The notes: a model not told the origin generated them from the sequence alone. A stretch of DNA of 11,257 bases from a virus (IMGVR_UViG_2734482772_000014); one strand, 5' to 3'. Shown: positions 1 through 7,129, counted from the stretch's first letter. Translations and numbers: made by a program.

Positions 1-282
1 CTACCTTTGCCTATTGCCGCCATTTAACCGGAAGGCGTTACCGTTCGGTTGCGCTATCCCCATGCGGTGTTGCGTTTCGGTAACAGCTTTATGCAGGTCG
101 CCAAAGTCCTCAACCTTCACGGGCGGGCGCTTCACGTTCTCAAGACACGTTTCACGGCGGCGCTTTATCCATTCCCGATCATCGGCCTCGGTGCATAACA
201 GCATGACTTCCATCCATCGCGCTGCGGCGCGTCGGTACATCCCTTTTGCTTCCAGATCCTCGGCTTTACTGTCGTTTACCAT
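1..282 (-). CDS. PerC-family-like small transcriptional regulator (93 aa)
   Basis: Complete ORF: ATG at 282..280, stop TAG at 3..1. SD GGGGGAG 6 nt upstream of ATG. N-terminus MVNDSKAEDLEAKGMYRRAAARWMEV...REWIKRRRETCL matches my recollection of the PerC/Pch family pattern (A..LE.KG..RRAA.RW..V). Family call is from memory, not a search. Confidence 0.5.
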   Translation of the reverse strand: MVNDSKAEDLEAKGMYRRAAARWMEVMLLCTEADDREWIKRRRETCLENVKRPPVKVEDFGDLHKAVTETQHRMGIAQPNGNAFRLNGGNRQR

Positions 283-336
283 GTTTATCTCCCCCAGAAT
301 GGCGTTTCATCGTCGAATGGTGGGCGTTGGTCAAAA
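263..336. repeat. Copy A of a ~75-90 bp duplicated 5' leader (SD + first 8 codons MVNDSKAE + upstream CCATTC direct repeats)
   Basis: Near-identical by eye (a handful of mismatches) to 1205-1296; contains start of the PerC-like gene. Confidence 0.8.
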
Positions 337-495
337 TCATCAGGGGTATTATATGACTCCCATCCCGGCGCGGATTGTGTTGCGTGGCCTCCTGTGTGCC
401 TGTAGCCTGGCTGATTCCGGTAATACTGCGGAGTTAGGTCTACCGGCATAGCTTACCCGTGGAGAAATGAATCATCGAATTAGTTTGGTCGGGAG

Positions 496-1167
496 TTATT
501 CCACCAGCAAAAATGGCGTTGCCCGGTCTATGACGTTGATGCCAATTAACGAGCTAACATTTCGACCATCCACAATGCTATCCCGTTCAAGCAAATGCGC
601 TATTTTTTCTACTTCATACCAGTATTGAGCCATGAGGGCTTTGGTCTTTTCAACGAGTTTAGAAAGCATTAACTCCCTGTTAATTAGCTTATCTGTAGCG
701 CAGATTAAATCGAGCATGTCATTTACGTTAGCCATGTCATAGCGATGAGGTAGCGAATACTTTTTGTTGAAAATATCGTTGTTTTCGTAAAGGGCTTCGC
801 TTACTGGTCCGGCGAGGGATACAAAAGCGGCCTTTTTTGCATCGCGCTTTATGCCATCCGCATAGTAACGTATGAAAGGGATAACTTTACCATTCTGCCC
901 AACTACACCAGATTTACTATCCCGCAAACGCCCGAGATCGTGGCTGTGAATTATGCTGTGTTTAACAACGCCCAAACACTTGGCCTCATGTACATGTTTG
1001 CCAGCAACGTAACCGTATTCATCCATAACGGCGATAACCTGTACATCTAAGCGAATAAGCCATGCAGCTACTGCATGTCCCGCTTCGTGGAATGCTACAC
1101 ATCGTTTACCATCACCTATCCAGTTATAGAACATTTCCGGTTTATATATCTGGTGAATGGCTACCAT
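496..1167 (-). CDS. Standalone zinc metallopeptidase-domain protein, FtsH/M41-like (223 aa), no AAA+ module
   Basis: HExxH motif as FHEAGHAV (FtsH has HEAGHA). Downstream SLAGPVSEAL and DMANVND resemble FtsH GGRLAEEI and ASNDI segments. SD GAGGG 6 nt upstream of ATG 1167..1165, stop TAA 498..496. Visibly lower GC than flanks (not computed). Confidence 0.55.
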   Translation of the reverse strand: MVAIHQIYKPEMFYNWIGDGKRCVAFHEAGHAVAAWLIRLDVQVIAVMDEYGYVAGKHVHEAKCLGVVKHSIIHSHDLGRLRDSKSGVVGQNGKVIPFIRYYADGIKRDAKKAAFVSLAGPVSEALYENNDIFNKKYSLPHRYDMANVNDMLDLICATDKLINRELMLSKLVEKTKALMAQYWYEVEKIAHLLERDSIVDGRNVSSLIGINVIDRATPFLLVE

Positions 1168-1223
1168 TACGCGCCCTCGCTTGCTAGTGAGGCCAGAGCC
1201 TCTGCTTTACTATCGTTGACCAT
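1167..1223 (-). CDS. 18-codon upstream ORF (MVNDSKAEALASLASEGA), stop TAA overlapping ATG of the M41-like gene (TAATG)
   Basis: ATG at 1223..1221 preceded by SD GAGGGAG; first 8 codons identical to the PerC-like N-terminus. Could be a coupling leader peptide or a recombination remnant. Confidence 0.3.
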   Translation of the reverse strand: MVNDSKAEALASLASEGA

Positions 1224-1296
1224 GTTTATCTCCCTCAGAATGGTGTTTCATCGTCGAATGGTGGGCGTTGGTCGTATTCATCACGGGATGGCTGCT
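1205..1296. repeat. Copy B of the duplicated 5' leader, upstream of the M41-like gene
   Basis: Same sequence as 263-336 with a few substitutions; the duplicated start codon opens an 18-codon ORF. Confidence 0.8.
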
Positions 1297-1669
1297 GCGC
1301 ACGTCTCAGCGCGTCCGTTGCCTGTCCCCGCTGTCCTGCCTTCCCGCCGGGGCGTACCGTTCTGGCGCTGATCACACTGTCGGCTACTACCTGATACCCC
1401 TGCTGTGTACCTCCGTCCTGCCCTGTCCACTGATTGATCTGCATCGCTCCGGCAACACTGACTAAATCGCCTTTAACGTGTCCTGCCAGTGCGTCGGCCT
1501 GTTTGCCGAATGCCACCACGCCCAGCCAGAAAGTAACCTCTCCGCCCTCTGCTGTATGGCAGGGCAGTGCCACCGCTAACCGTCCCATTGCCATGCTTGT
1601 ACCGTTTGCTGTGGTACGGGTCTGGGGATCTGCCACCAGCCGCCCGTATGCTGAAATTTGTGCTGTCAT
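1235..1669 (-). CDS. ssb: Single-stranded DNA-binding protein (SSB family, 144 aa)
   Basis: OB-fold pattern aligns by eye with E. coli SSB (G.L..DP..R...NG...A; W..VV.FGK.A....L.KG; W.D..G), Gly/Gln-rich linker, and acidic C-terminal tail FDDETPF (SSB: FDDDIPF). Confidence 0.75.
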   Translation of the reverse strand: MTAQISAYGRLVADPQTRTTANGTSMAMGRLAVALPCHTAEGGEVTFWLGVVAFGKQADALAGHVKGDLVSVAGAMQINQWTGQDGGTQQGYQVVADSVISARTVRPGGKAGQRGQATDALRRAQQPSRDEYDQRPPFDDETPF

Positions 1670-1968
1670 AGATATTTCCTCATGTAGTCACTACCTCCGG
1701 GGATAATTTTCATTTCTTCCCTTAAAGGCCACTGCTCCGCCATTGCTGCGGTCGAGTGATTCCCGTCATCACGTCCGGCCTGTGCTGCCGTCCAGTGTGT
1801 TGCATATTCTGTAAATCCAATTTCTGCTGGCTGCCTCATCCAGTGGGCGATCATCCTCAAGGTCATTTGCAGGCTTTGGGTGTCGCCCTGTAATGCGCGT
1901 TTGTCAGTAAACCCCTTCAATGCTTCACGCTCCTGATAGGTCATTTTCTGGCTGGTTTCTGTATTCAT
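1666..1968 (-). CDS. Hypothetical protein (100 aa), translationally coupled to ssb
   Basis: SD AAGGTGG upstream of ATG 1968..1966; stop overlaps the ssb start (ATGA at 1669..1666). No recognised motif. Confidence 0.5.
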   Translation of the reverse strand: MNTETSQKMTYQEREALKGFTDKRALQGDTQSLQMTLRMIAHWMRQPAEIGFTEYATHWTAAQAGRDDGNHSTAAMAEQWPLREEMKIIPGGSDYMRKYL

Positions 1969-1990
1969 TGCCCACCTTCGTTATAAGCTA

Positions 1991-2016
1991 CCCCCCCCAT
2001 AGAATTTTTTTGGGGG
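1991..2016. repeat. C8 / G5 homopolymer hairpin (CCCCCCCC-13 nt loop-GGGGG)
   Basis: Directly visible; lies between the iteron array and the SD of the 100-aa gene. No U-tract after the stem on either strand. Confidence 0.5.
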
Positions 2017-2022
2017 TGTAAT

Positions 2023-2270
2023 ATCCCTACCAATCCCTACTAACTGGCTCAGGCCACGAATGGCAAGGCTTTCAGACTGGTAGGCATTCAATTTTGTTGC
2101 CCTACATAACCCTACTTATCCCTACTAAATCACTTCAACGGCATTTTGCTGCCTGTTTTATTTGGTAGGGATATGTAGGGATAAGTAGGGATAAAAATAT
2201 ATATCCCTACCTAGTTTAAAGCCTTGCTACGTCTGGCCTCGTCTCGTTTTTAGTAGGGCAGTAGGGATAA
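2023..2270. repeat. Iteron array, putative replication origin (crr/ori-like)
   Basis: About 11 copies of core CCCTAC/GTAGGG, often as (T)TATCCCTAC or GTAGGGATA(A/T). Forward copies at 2025, 2035, 2100, 2110, 2120, 2205; reverse copies at 2165, 2175, 2185 (exact 10-bp period), 2254, 2261. AT-rich tract ATAAAAATATATAT at 2191-2204. Sits immediately 3' of the primase-helicase gene. Confidence 0.6.
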
Positions 2271-2287
2271 GTGCCGCCGTAAAAGTT

Positions 2288-4729
2288 TCAATCATCACTC
2301 TGCCCGCTCTCCACACCGTAAGCACGGGGCATGAACTCCTCAGCCTTCTCGTTATAGCCAACGTTGGTTTGCGCTCTGCCGTTAATGCTTCTCGTCAGGT
2401 AGCTGGCTCGGTACTCTTTTGCTGCTGATTTTATGGCGCGTGAAAACTTATTGACGGAAAGCGGTTTACCCAAACCGTGATACTCCATAAACGCCAGATA
2501 AAGATGATAAAGATACGTCCTCGGCTCTGGCTGGCCTGCCCATGTACCTCCGCCCATCATCATGCCTTTGGGTTCGTTCATGAAAAAAAGCGCCGCACAC
2601 ATATCGACAACCGGATCCGTGCCGCGTTTAACCTCTAGCGCCTCCTGCGAATCGCGCTGCTCTAGTAATAGTTCCTTTGCTTTGTTCTGGTCGGAAAAGG
2701 TGGTTAGCAGGTGGCGGATAATCACCGGGATTTCTCGCCTGATTTTTGCTGTTAAATCCGGGTCTTTGTCTGCGTCTGATACCGGGTTATTAAACGGGAA
2801 TATCACGCGGCGGCGGGCAATGCCCCCGTTTCGCTCCGTGAATGTCATCGGCTCGTTATTGGTTGCCATAACAACGGCATTTATCACGGTTGTGAACTGC
2901 TTTTCATATTTCCCATCAATCTCTACCGGATCGCCGCCCGTAATGGCTTTAATCCCCGCACCCTCTCCAACATAGCGGGTCTGGTCAGGCATAATAATCA
3001 GGCTTTTTCCTACGAACTGCGCCCGTCCCCGTGCGGTGTCCAGCGTCATCATGCTACCGCTGGCGGTGTTGTGTTCACCTGCCAGCGTGGTTGCTATGCT
3101 GCTGAATACGGATTTTCCACTGCCGCCCTCGCCAGTTATCTCAATGAATAGCTGCCAGTCGTGACGCTTCGCCAGCACCATAAACAAGGCTGCTTTGATA
3201 CGCTCGGCCTTATGATGGTCGCCAGCCGTTGCATGATTCAGCCAACTGGTAAAATTGGGGGCGCTGGTGGTAATATTTTCCCCCGGCGCTGGCGGGGTGT
3301 AGGTGATCCCATTGTGGTTCATCAGCCAGTTACCCGGCGAATGGGCGGAAAACGTCTGCGTAGCGAGGTCATAAACGCCGTTATCAAAACCAATCAAATC
3401 CCCGCTCCGCTCACCAATTACCGGTATTTGCAGCTTCATGGTTGCGACAACCGATTTAATCCCCTTTTCGGTGTAGTGGGCTTCGTGCTCGTCGAAAATT
3501 GCCACCATAACCCTTTCTAATTCACTGTCTGGTAGCTTCTCCCATACGCCAGATTCGTAGCAGTAAACAGTGCCACTATCAGGGTTAACCGCCAACATAT
3601 CCCATCGAGATGAAAGCAACCGCGCTTTCTGGCTGGCTGCCATTTGTGCAATATCTCCGACTTCGGCTTTACGGCGGGATTTACCGCCCGCAATGGCCTG
3701 TAGTTGTGGTTTCACGGCTTCCCCCTGAATCTGGTACATCGAATCGTTAAACGCAGCCGTAGCGACTTCCAGCCCGTTTTGCTGGCGGTAGTCGTCCCAG
3801 TCGGCTTTGTAGTCTGTCGGCGGCAGCGCCACCCAGCCAGCCACGGATAAGGCGGCTTTCTCTGCGGCATCTTTGCCCGTGTTCGCCTGTTCGTCCTGTT
3901 GGTGGTCGTTATCTGCGGCAATGATAATTTGCGACTGCGGGTGTTTCCGGCGCATCACTTCGGCAACGGGTAGCAGGTTGCCCGCATCAATGGCGCACAC
4001 TGTCAGCGCGTCAGGGCGCATCAGGTGGACTGATAAAGTGGTTGCCAGCCCCTCGGCAATAATCACCGCCTGCGGCTGTTCCGGTGCGTTAACGGCGTGA
4101 TATGCCCCGCGCTTTGCTGAACCTGTCAGGAGTCGCTTCTCTCCCTGCGGTGTAATGGTTTGCGCTGCTGCCACTGCGCCGGATTCGTCCACCAGCTCCA
4201 GCAATAACGAACCATCCGGCATAACCGGATAGTTAAACCCGGTCAGCCCTTTTGATTGCAGGTAATCAGATTCTCCCTGTGTGGCACTCTGGCGCATTCC
4301 GGCATACAGACGGGCAAACGTAGCCCTTCGCTGCTCTGCATCCTCTGCTGCCTGTTTCTGGCGCTCCTGCTCACGCTGCTGGCGGTCAGCTTCCAGTTGC
4401 TCTCTTCTATGGCTCGCTGCCACCGGGTCGGTTTCCGCTGCCCGGTAATCAATACCCAGCACATCAGCGGCAAGCCTTGCCGCTTCTGTGGTGTCGCAGT
4501 TGTTCACCTTCTTAATCAGGTCTAAACCGTCACCAGCGCCACACTGATTGCAGATAAAGCTACCGCGCCCGTTGTCGTCGAATCTGAAACGGTCTTTTCC
4601 ACCACATGCAGGGCATGGAGAATGGCGGCGCGATGAATCAGGCACGTCGATAGACAATCCAGCCAGCACATAAGGCCAGCGCCCGGCGGCGGCACTGGTC
4701 ACTTCGCGGATAATGTCGATATTACGCAT
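2288..4729 (-). CDS. P4 alpha-like bifunctional primase-helicase (813 aa from ATG 4729)
   Basis: Zinc ribbon CPACGG...CNQCG; Toprim signatures (IIAEG..., IIIAADND); Walker A GEGGSGKS in the C-terminal helicase region. SD AGGGGG upstream of ATG 4729..4727, placed just after the stop of the 113-aa gene (4724..4722). Confidence 0.88.
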   Translation of the reverse strand: MRNIDIIREVTSAAAGRWPYVLAGLSIDVPDSSRRHSPCPACGGKDRFRFDDNGRGSFICNQCGAGDGLDLIKKVNNCDTTEAARLAADVLGIDYRAAETDPVAASHRREQLEADRQQREQERQKQAAEDAEQRRATFARLYAGMRQSATQGESDYLQSKGLTGFNYPVMPDGSLLLELVDESGAVAAAQTITPQGEKRLLTGSAKRGAYHAVNAPEQPQAVIIAEGLATTLSVHLMRPDALTVCAIDAGNLLPVAEVMRRKHPQSQIIIAADNDHQQDEQANTGKDAAEKAALSVAGWVALPPTDYKADWDDYRQQNGLEVATAAFNDSMYQIQGEAVKPQLQAIAGGKSRRKAEVGDIAQMAASQKARLLSSRWDMLAVNPDSGTVYCYESGVWEKLPDSELERVMVAIFDEHEAHYTEKGIKSVVATMKLQIPVIGERSGDLIGFDNGVYDLATQTFSAHSPGNWLMNHNGITYTPPAPGENITTSAPNFTSWLNHATAGDHHKAERIKAALFMVLAKRHDWQLFIEITGEGGSGKSVFSSIATTLAGEHNTASGSMMTLDTARGRAQFVGKSLIIMPDQTRYVGEGAGIKAITGGDPVEIDGKYEKQFTTVINAVVMATNNEPMTFTERNGGIARRRVIFPFNNPVSDADKDPDLTAKIRREIPVIIRHLLTTFSDQNKAKELLLEQRDSQEALEVKRGTDPVVDMCAALFFMNEPKGMMMGGGTWAGQPEPRTYLYHLYLAFMEYHGLGKPLSVNKFSRAIKSAAKEYRASYLTRSINGRAQTNVGYNEKAEEFMPRAYGVESGQSDD

Positions 4730-5063
4730 GGTTGCCCCCTGCCACGGTCGCGCCCATGTCTTTAACCATGCTTTGCCATATCTCACGCCCTACGTCAGTC
4801 AATCCGTCATTAGTGACGCAACGATCAAGAATCTCGATCCCCACGGTTTCCCACTGCGGGTAGGACACTTTCATGGCTGCCAGTGTGTAGCTATCGATCA
4901 GGCTGCGAACGCCTTTTACTCCATTGACGATTTCCACACGGATTTGCTGGCCTGCCGCGTCAACCATGAAGTAATTGCCACCATTGATAGCCGTAATGTG
5001 GTTATACAGTGCCGACGCATACTTATTCGCCAGCGCATTAAGTCGGAAATTTTTAGTAATCAT
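4722..5063 (-). CDS. Hypothetical protein (113 aa)
   Basis: SD GAGGGGG upstream of ATG 5063..5061; ends 4 nt before the primase SD/ATG. No recognised motif. Confidence 0.5.
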   Translation of the reverse strand: MITKNFRLNALANKYASALYNHITAINGGNYFMVDAAGQQIRVEIVNGVKGVRSLIDSYTLAAMKVSYPQWETVGIEILDRCVTNDGLTDVGREIWQSMVKDMGATVAGGNHA

Positions 5064-5072
5064 GTCGCCCCC

Positions 5073-5699
5073 TCAGTGCGCCAGCGGCATTTCAGGCCAG
5101 CCGTTTTCATCCAGTTCAGCTATAAAGCTGTTGTGAAGTTCAGCAAGCGTTTCACGCCCGAACGGGGTCAACTCGCCGCGCTCCGTGTCGATCATGGCCT
5201 GATAAAAAACAATGGCGTTCGCTGTTCCCTGCTCAATGCCGTAGCGCTCAACCATTGCGCCCTCCATGTTGTTAGCCATCGCCAGACGTTCCGCGAACGG
5301 GTAAACCACAATCCCCGCCGTGCCATTGGAGTAAATCGCCACCTGCGATGAAGTGCCGTCAGACTCAGTTACCGTGGTTGTGCCGTTTTCGCGCTTCATC
5401 TCAGAAATGAACGTCGCAGCAATCAGCCAGCGCCACATAGTGACGTTATGCTGCGCGGTGAAGTCGAACCAGCCACGCGCCCCGCCATCAGCAACGGCAA
5501 AATGAATGGCGTATCCGATATCTGGCTTATCGTCGTACTCTCCGGCGTCAAGGCCGTTCACGGCGCTCTCGTAGCTGATAAGAGCAACCTGCTCATATCC
5601 CCCGGCATCATTGCGGGTCATGATATTGACGCCGTGCGGTGTGGCTTCGGCGTGTAATAAGTCGGCATTTCCCGATTTAATGGTCGGTGCGTTGCTCAT
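5073..5699 (-). CDS. Hypothetical protein (208 aa)
   Basis: ATG 5699..5697 overlaps stop of upstream gene (ATGA). No recognised motif. Confidence 0.5.
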   Translation of the reverse strand: MSNAPTIKSGNADLLHAEATPHGVNIMTRNDAGGYEQVALISYESAVNGLDAGEYDDKPDIGYAIHFAVADGGARGWFDFTAQHNVTMWRWLIAATFISEMKRENGTTTVTESDGTSSQVAIYSNGTAGIVVYPFAERLAMANNMEGAMVERYGIEQGTANAIVFYQAMIDTERGELTPFGRETLAELHNSFIAELDENGWPEMPLAH

Positions 5700-5959
5700 G
5701 CGCTGCCCTCCGCATCAATTCTGGCTATATCGACAATCGTCAGGACTTTACTCAGCCAGCAATACGCGATGGCTGCTTGCTCAACTTCGAGGAGTGGTAA
5801 TAAATCGGTCATAACGTGAGCCAGCCCATTGCGGGCGCGGGTCATGCGTTCTGCTGTTCGGTCTGCCAGCGTAAAATCATCCGGGTAAGCCTGCTCGCGG
5901 GATAACATCGCTTCGGCTTCCAGCTCTGCCGGGTGGCGATAGATGGTAGTTATGTTCAT
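5696..5959 (-). CDS. Hypothetical protein (87 aa)
   Basis: ATGA overlap with upstream gene at 5959..5956. No recognised motif. Confidence 0.45.
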   Translation of the reverse strand: MNITTIYRHPAELEAEAMLSREQAYPDDFTLADRTAERMTRARNGLAHVMTDLLPLLEVEQAAIAYCWLSKVLTIVDIARIDAEGSA

Positions 5960-6270
5960 TTGCCCGCCCTCCCTTTGGCTTCTTTTTCACTGATTGAGCG
6001 CAAGAATGCGGCGTTTGCAGCGATATCGTTCAGCGCCCGCGCAAATTCTCCGATATGTCCCAGCATTGCGCCTAATCTGTACATATCAGCCTTAGCGATT
6101 TCCTCCGGGTAGCCATCGCTACCAGCCGCCCAGAACATGAGGCTACCAATGGCACTTACGCCCAGCATTAAATCATCCACGGCATCACTGGCGCGGCTCT
6201 CAATTCCGTTCAGATCATCAGGTGTACAACCATCAAATTTGCAGGACACTAAATCGTCATACATGCTCAT
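5956..6270 (-). CDS. Hypothetical protein (104 aa)
   Basis: ATGA overlap at 6270..6267. No recognised motif. Confidence 0.45.
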   Translation of the reverse strand: MSMYDDLVSCKFDGCTPDDLNGIESRASDAVDDLMLGVSAIGSLMFWAAGSDGYPEEIAKADMYRLGAMLGHIGEFARALNDIAANAAFLRSISEKEAKGRAGK

Positions 6271-6446
6271 GCCGCCACCTCACGAACGCGGGTAATCTGG
6301 ATGTGGGAAAGGCGTTCATTTCTGGCCTGATTTAGCGCCTCAGCTTTGGCGCTGATCGCGCTGCGGGCGTCAACGATATAAACGAACTCGACTAATTCGC
6401 CGCTCCGGGCGGTGGCGCATCCTGCAACACGGAAGTAATTAAGCAT
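6267..6446 (-). CDS. Hypothetical small protein (59 aa from ATG 6446)
   Basis: ATG 6446..6444 preceded by AGGGGG; overlaps the stop of the Icd-like gene by 8 nt (ATGCTTAA). The ORF track's longer version begins at a TTG. Confidence 0.4.
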   Translation of the reverse strand: MLNYFRVAGCATARSGELVEFVYIVDARSAISAKAEALNQARNERLSHIQITRVREVAA

Positions 6447-6631
6447 GTGCGCCCCCTGTGCGAATACGTCCGGCAAAAAAGCAAACGTGATCCCGCGCCA
6501 GAATGCGGCGGGCTTCCTGCTCGGTCTCTGCGGCGATATGGTGAATTTTGGCGGTAATTGTCGGGCAATCGCGGCGAACTGCGGCGATAATCCAGATAAA
6601 TTGCGGTTTTTGGGTAGGGGTAGTAGCCATT
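6439..6631 (-). CDS. Icd-like small protein (63 aa, MATTPTQKPQFIWIIAAVRR...)
   Basis: Strong SD AAGGAGG 7 nt upstream of ATG 6631..6629. Size and position (immediately after a C4/CI-type leader) match Icd of P1/P4-like elements. Family call from memory. Confidence 0.45.
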
Positions 6632-6654
6632 ATGGCAGCCTCCTTTGTGTTTAA

Positions 6655-6845
6655 GGAGTCACCGCATAAGGTTCCAATCTTAATAGTGGCGGTGACGTTA
6701 GCAGGGTTGGAACTACCGGACACAAAGGAAACCGGCCTACGCGAACGTAGCCCCACTAACGCCACCATAGATACAGTACGGGCAAGGCCGCTGATTTGAT
6801 GTGCGTGGTGATCGGACACAAAAAAAGACGCTTTCGGCGTCTGTG
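6655..6845 (-). ncRNA. Putative C4/CI-type antisense-RNA leader
   Basis: On the minus strand, two direct repeats UUUGUGUCCG(A/G)U (plus coords ~6811-6824 and ~6717-6730) are complementary to the Icd-like RBS ACACAAAGGAGG (plus 6641-6653). No protein-coding signal with an SD in this interval. Boundaries approximate. Confidence 0.3.
6819..6842 (-). terminator. Short hairpin + U7 (AGACGC-CGAAA-GCGUCU-UUUUUUU): terminator or leader structural element
   Basis: Minus-strand stem-loop followed by 7 U. The stem is only 6 bp, so it may instead be part of the antisense-RNA leader. Confidence 0.3.
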
Positions 6846-7039
6846 TCGCCCTTAGTGTGTTCGGGGTTCCAATCCCGGTTGCTGATTTTGCAGCAACGCT
6901 TGGACTATAACAGCTTTTCTCTGCTAGGTGGTCATACCAGATAAAACCGTAACCCTTTAAGAGTTTTTCCTGTGCACGGCTCACCATCTTTTTGTTGAGG
7001 GTAAGCGCCTCGCGTACTGGTAACGGAACTCCGGGCGCT

Positions 7040-7085
7040 GCGGTATCAATATCAGGTTTTATAAGGTTGTAAGGGTTAACATTTG
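7040..7085 (-). promoter_or_regulatory. Putative promoter/operator region with twin GTTAAC palindromes
   Basis: GTTAAC-ATTT-GTTAAC at 7065-7080, followed on the minus strand by TTACAA...TATAAA/TATTGAT candidate -35/-10 elements. Sits in the non-coding gap upstream of the antisense leader. Confidence 0.25.
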
Positions 7086-7129
7086 TTAACAGGCTAGCCA
7101 GATTAAAGGCTTCTTTCTGGGCGGCAGGT

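Noticed and set aside
1991-2016. C8/G5 hairpin as an intrinsic terminator
   Set aside because: The T-run is inside the loop, not after the stem, on both strands, so it does not have the geometry of a Rho-independent terminator.
2023-2270. Possibility that the short repeats form a CRISPR array
   Set aside because: Repeat units are only ~7-10 bp, occur in both orientations and lack regular 25-40 bp unique spacers. The pattern fits replication iterons, not CRISPR.
2288-4786. Primase-helicase with the 19-aa N-terminal extension (MRYGKAWLKTWARPWQGAT)
   Set aside because: The extension overlaps the 3' end of the 113-aa gene and lacks an SD. The ATG at 4729 has AGGGGG upstream and sits just after the upstream stop, so 4729 is the better start.
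14-5351. Plus-strand ORFs in the track (e.g. 14-451, 2562-2975, 3161-3520, 4713-5351 and others further right)
   Set aside because: Every one lies antisense within a minus-strand gene that has better support (SD, family motifs, operon coupling). None has a convincing SD or recognisable motif. Treated as shadow ORFs.
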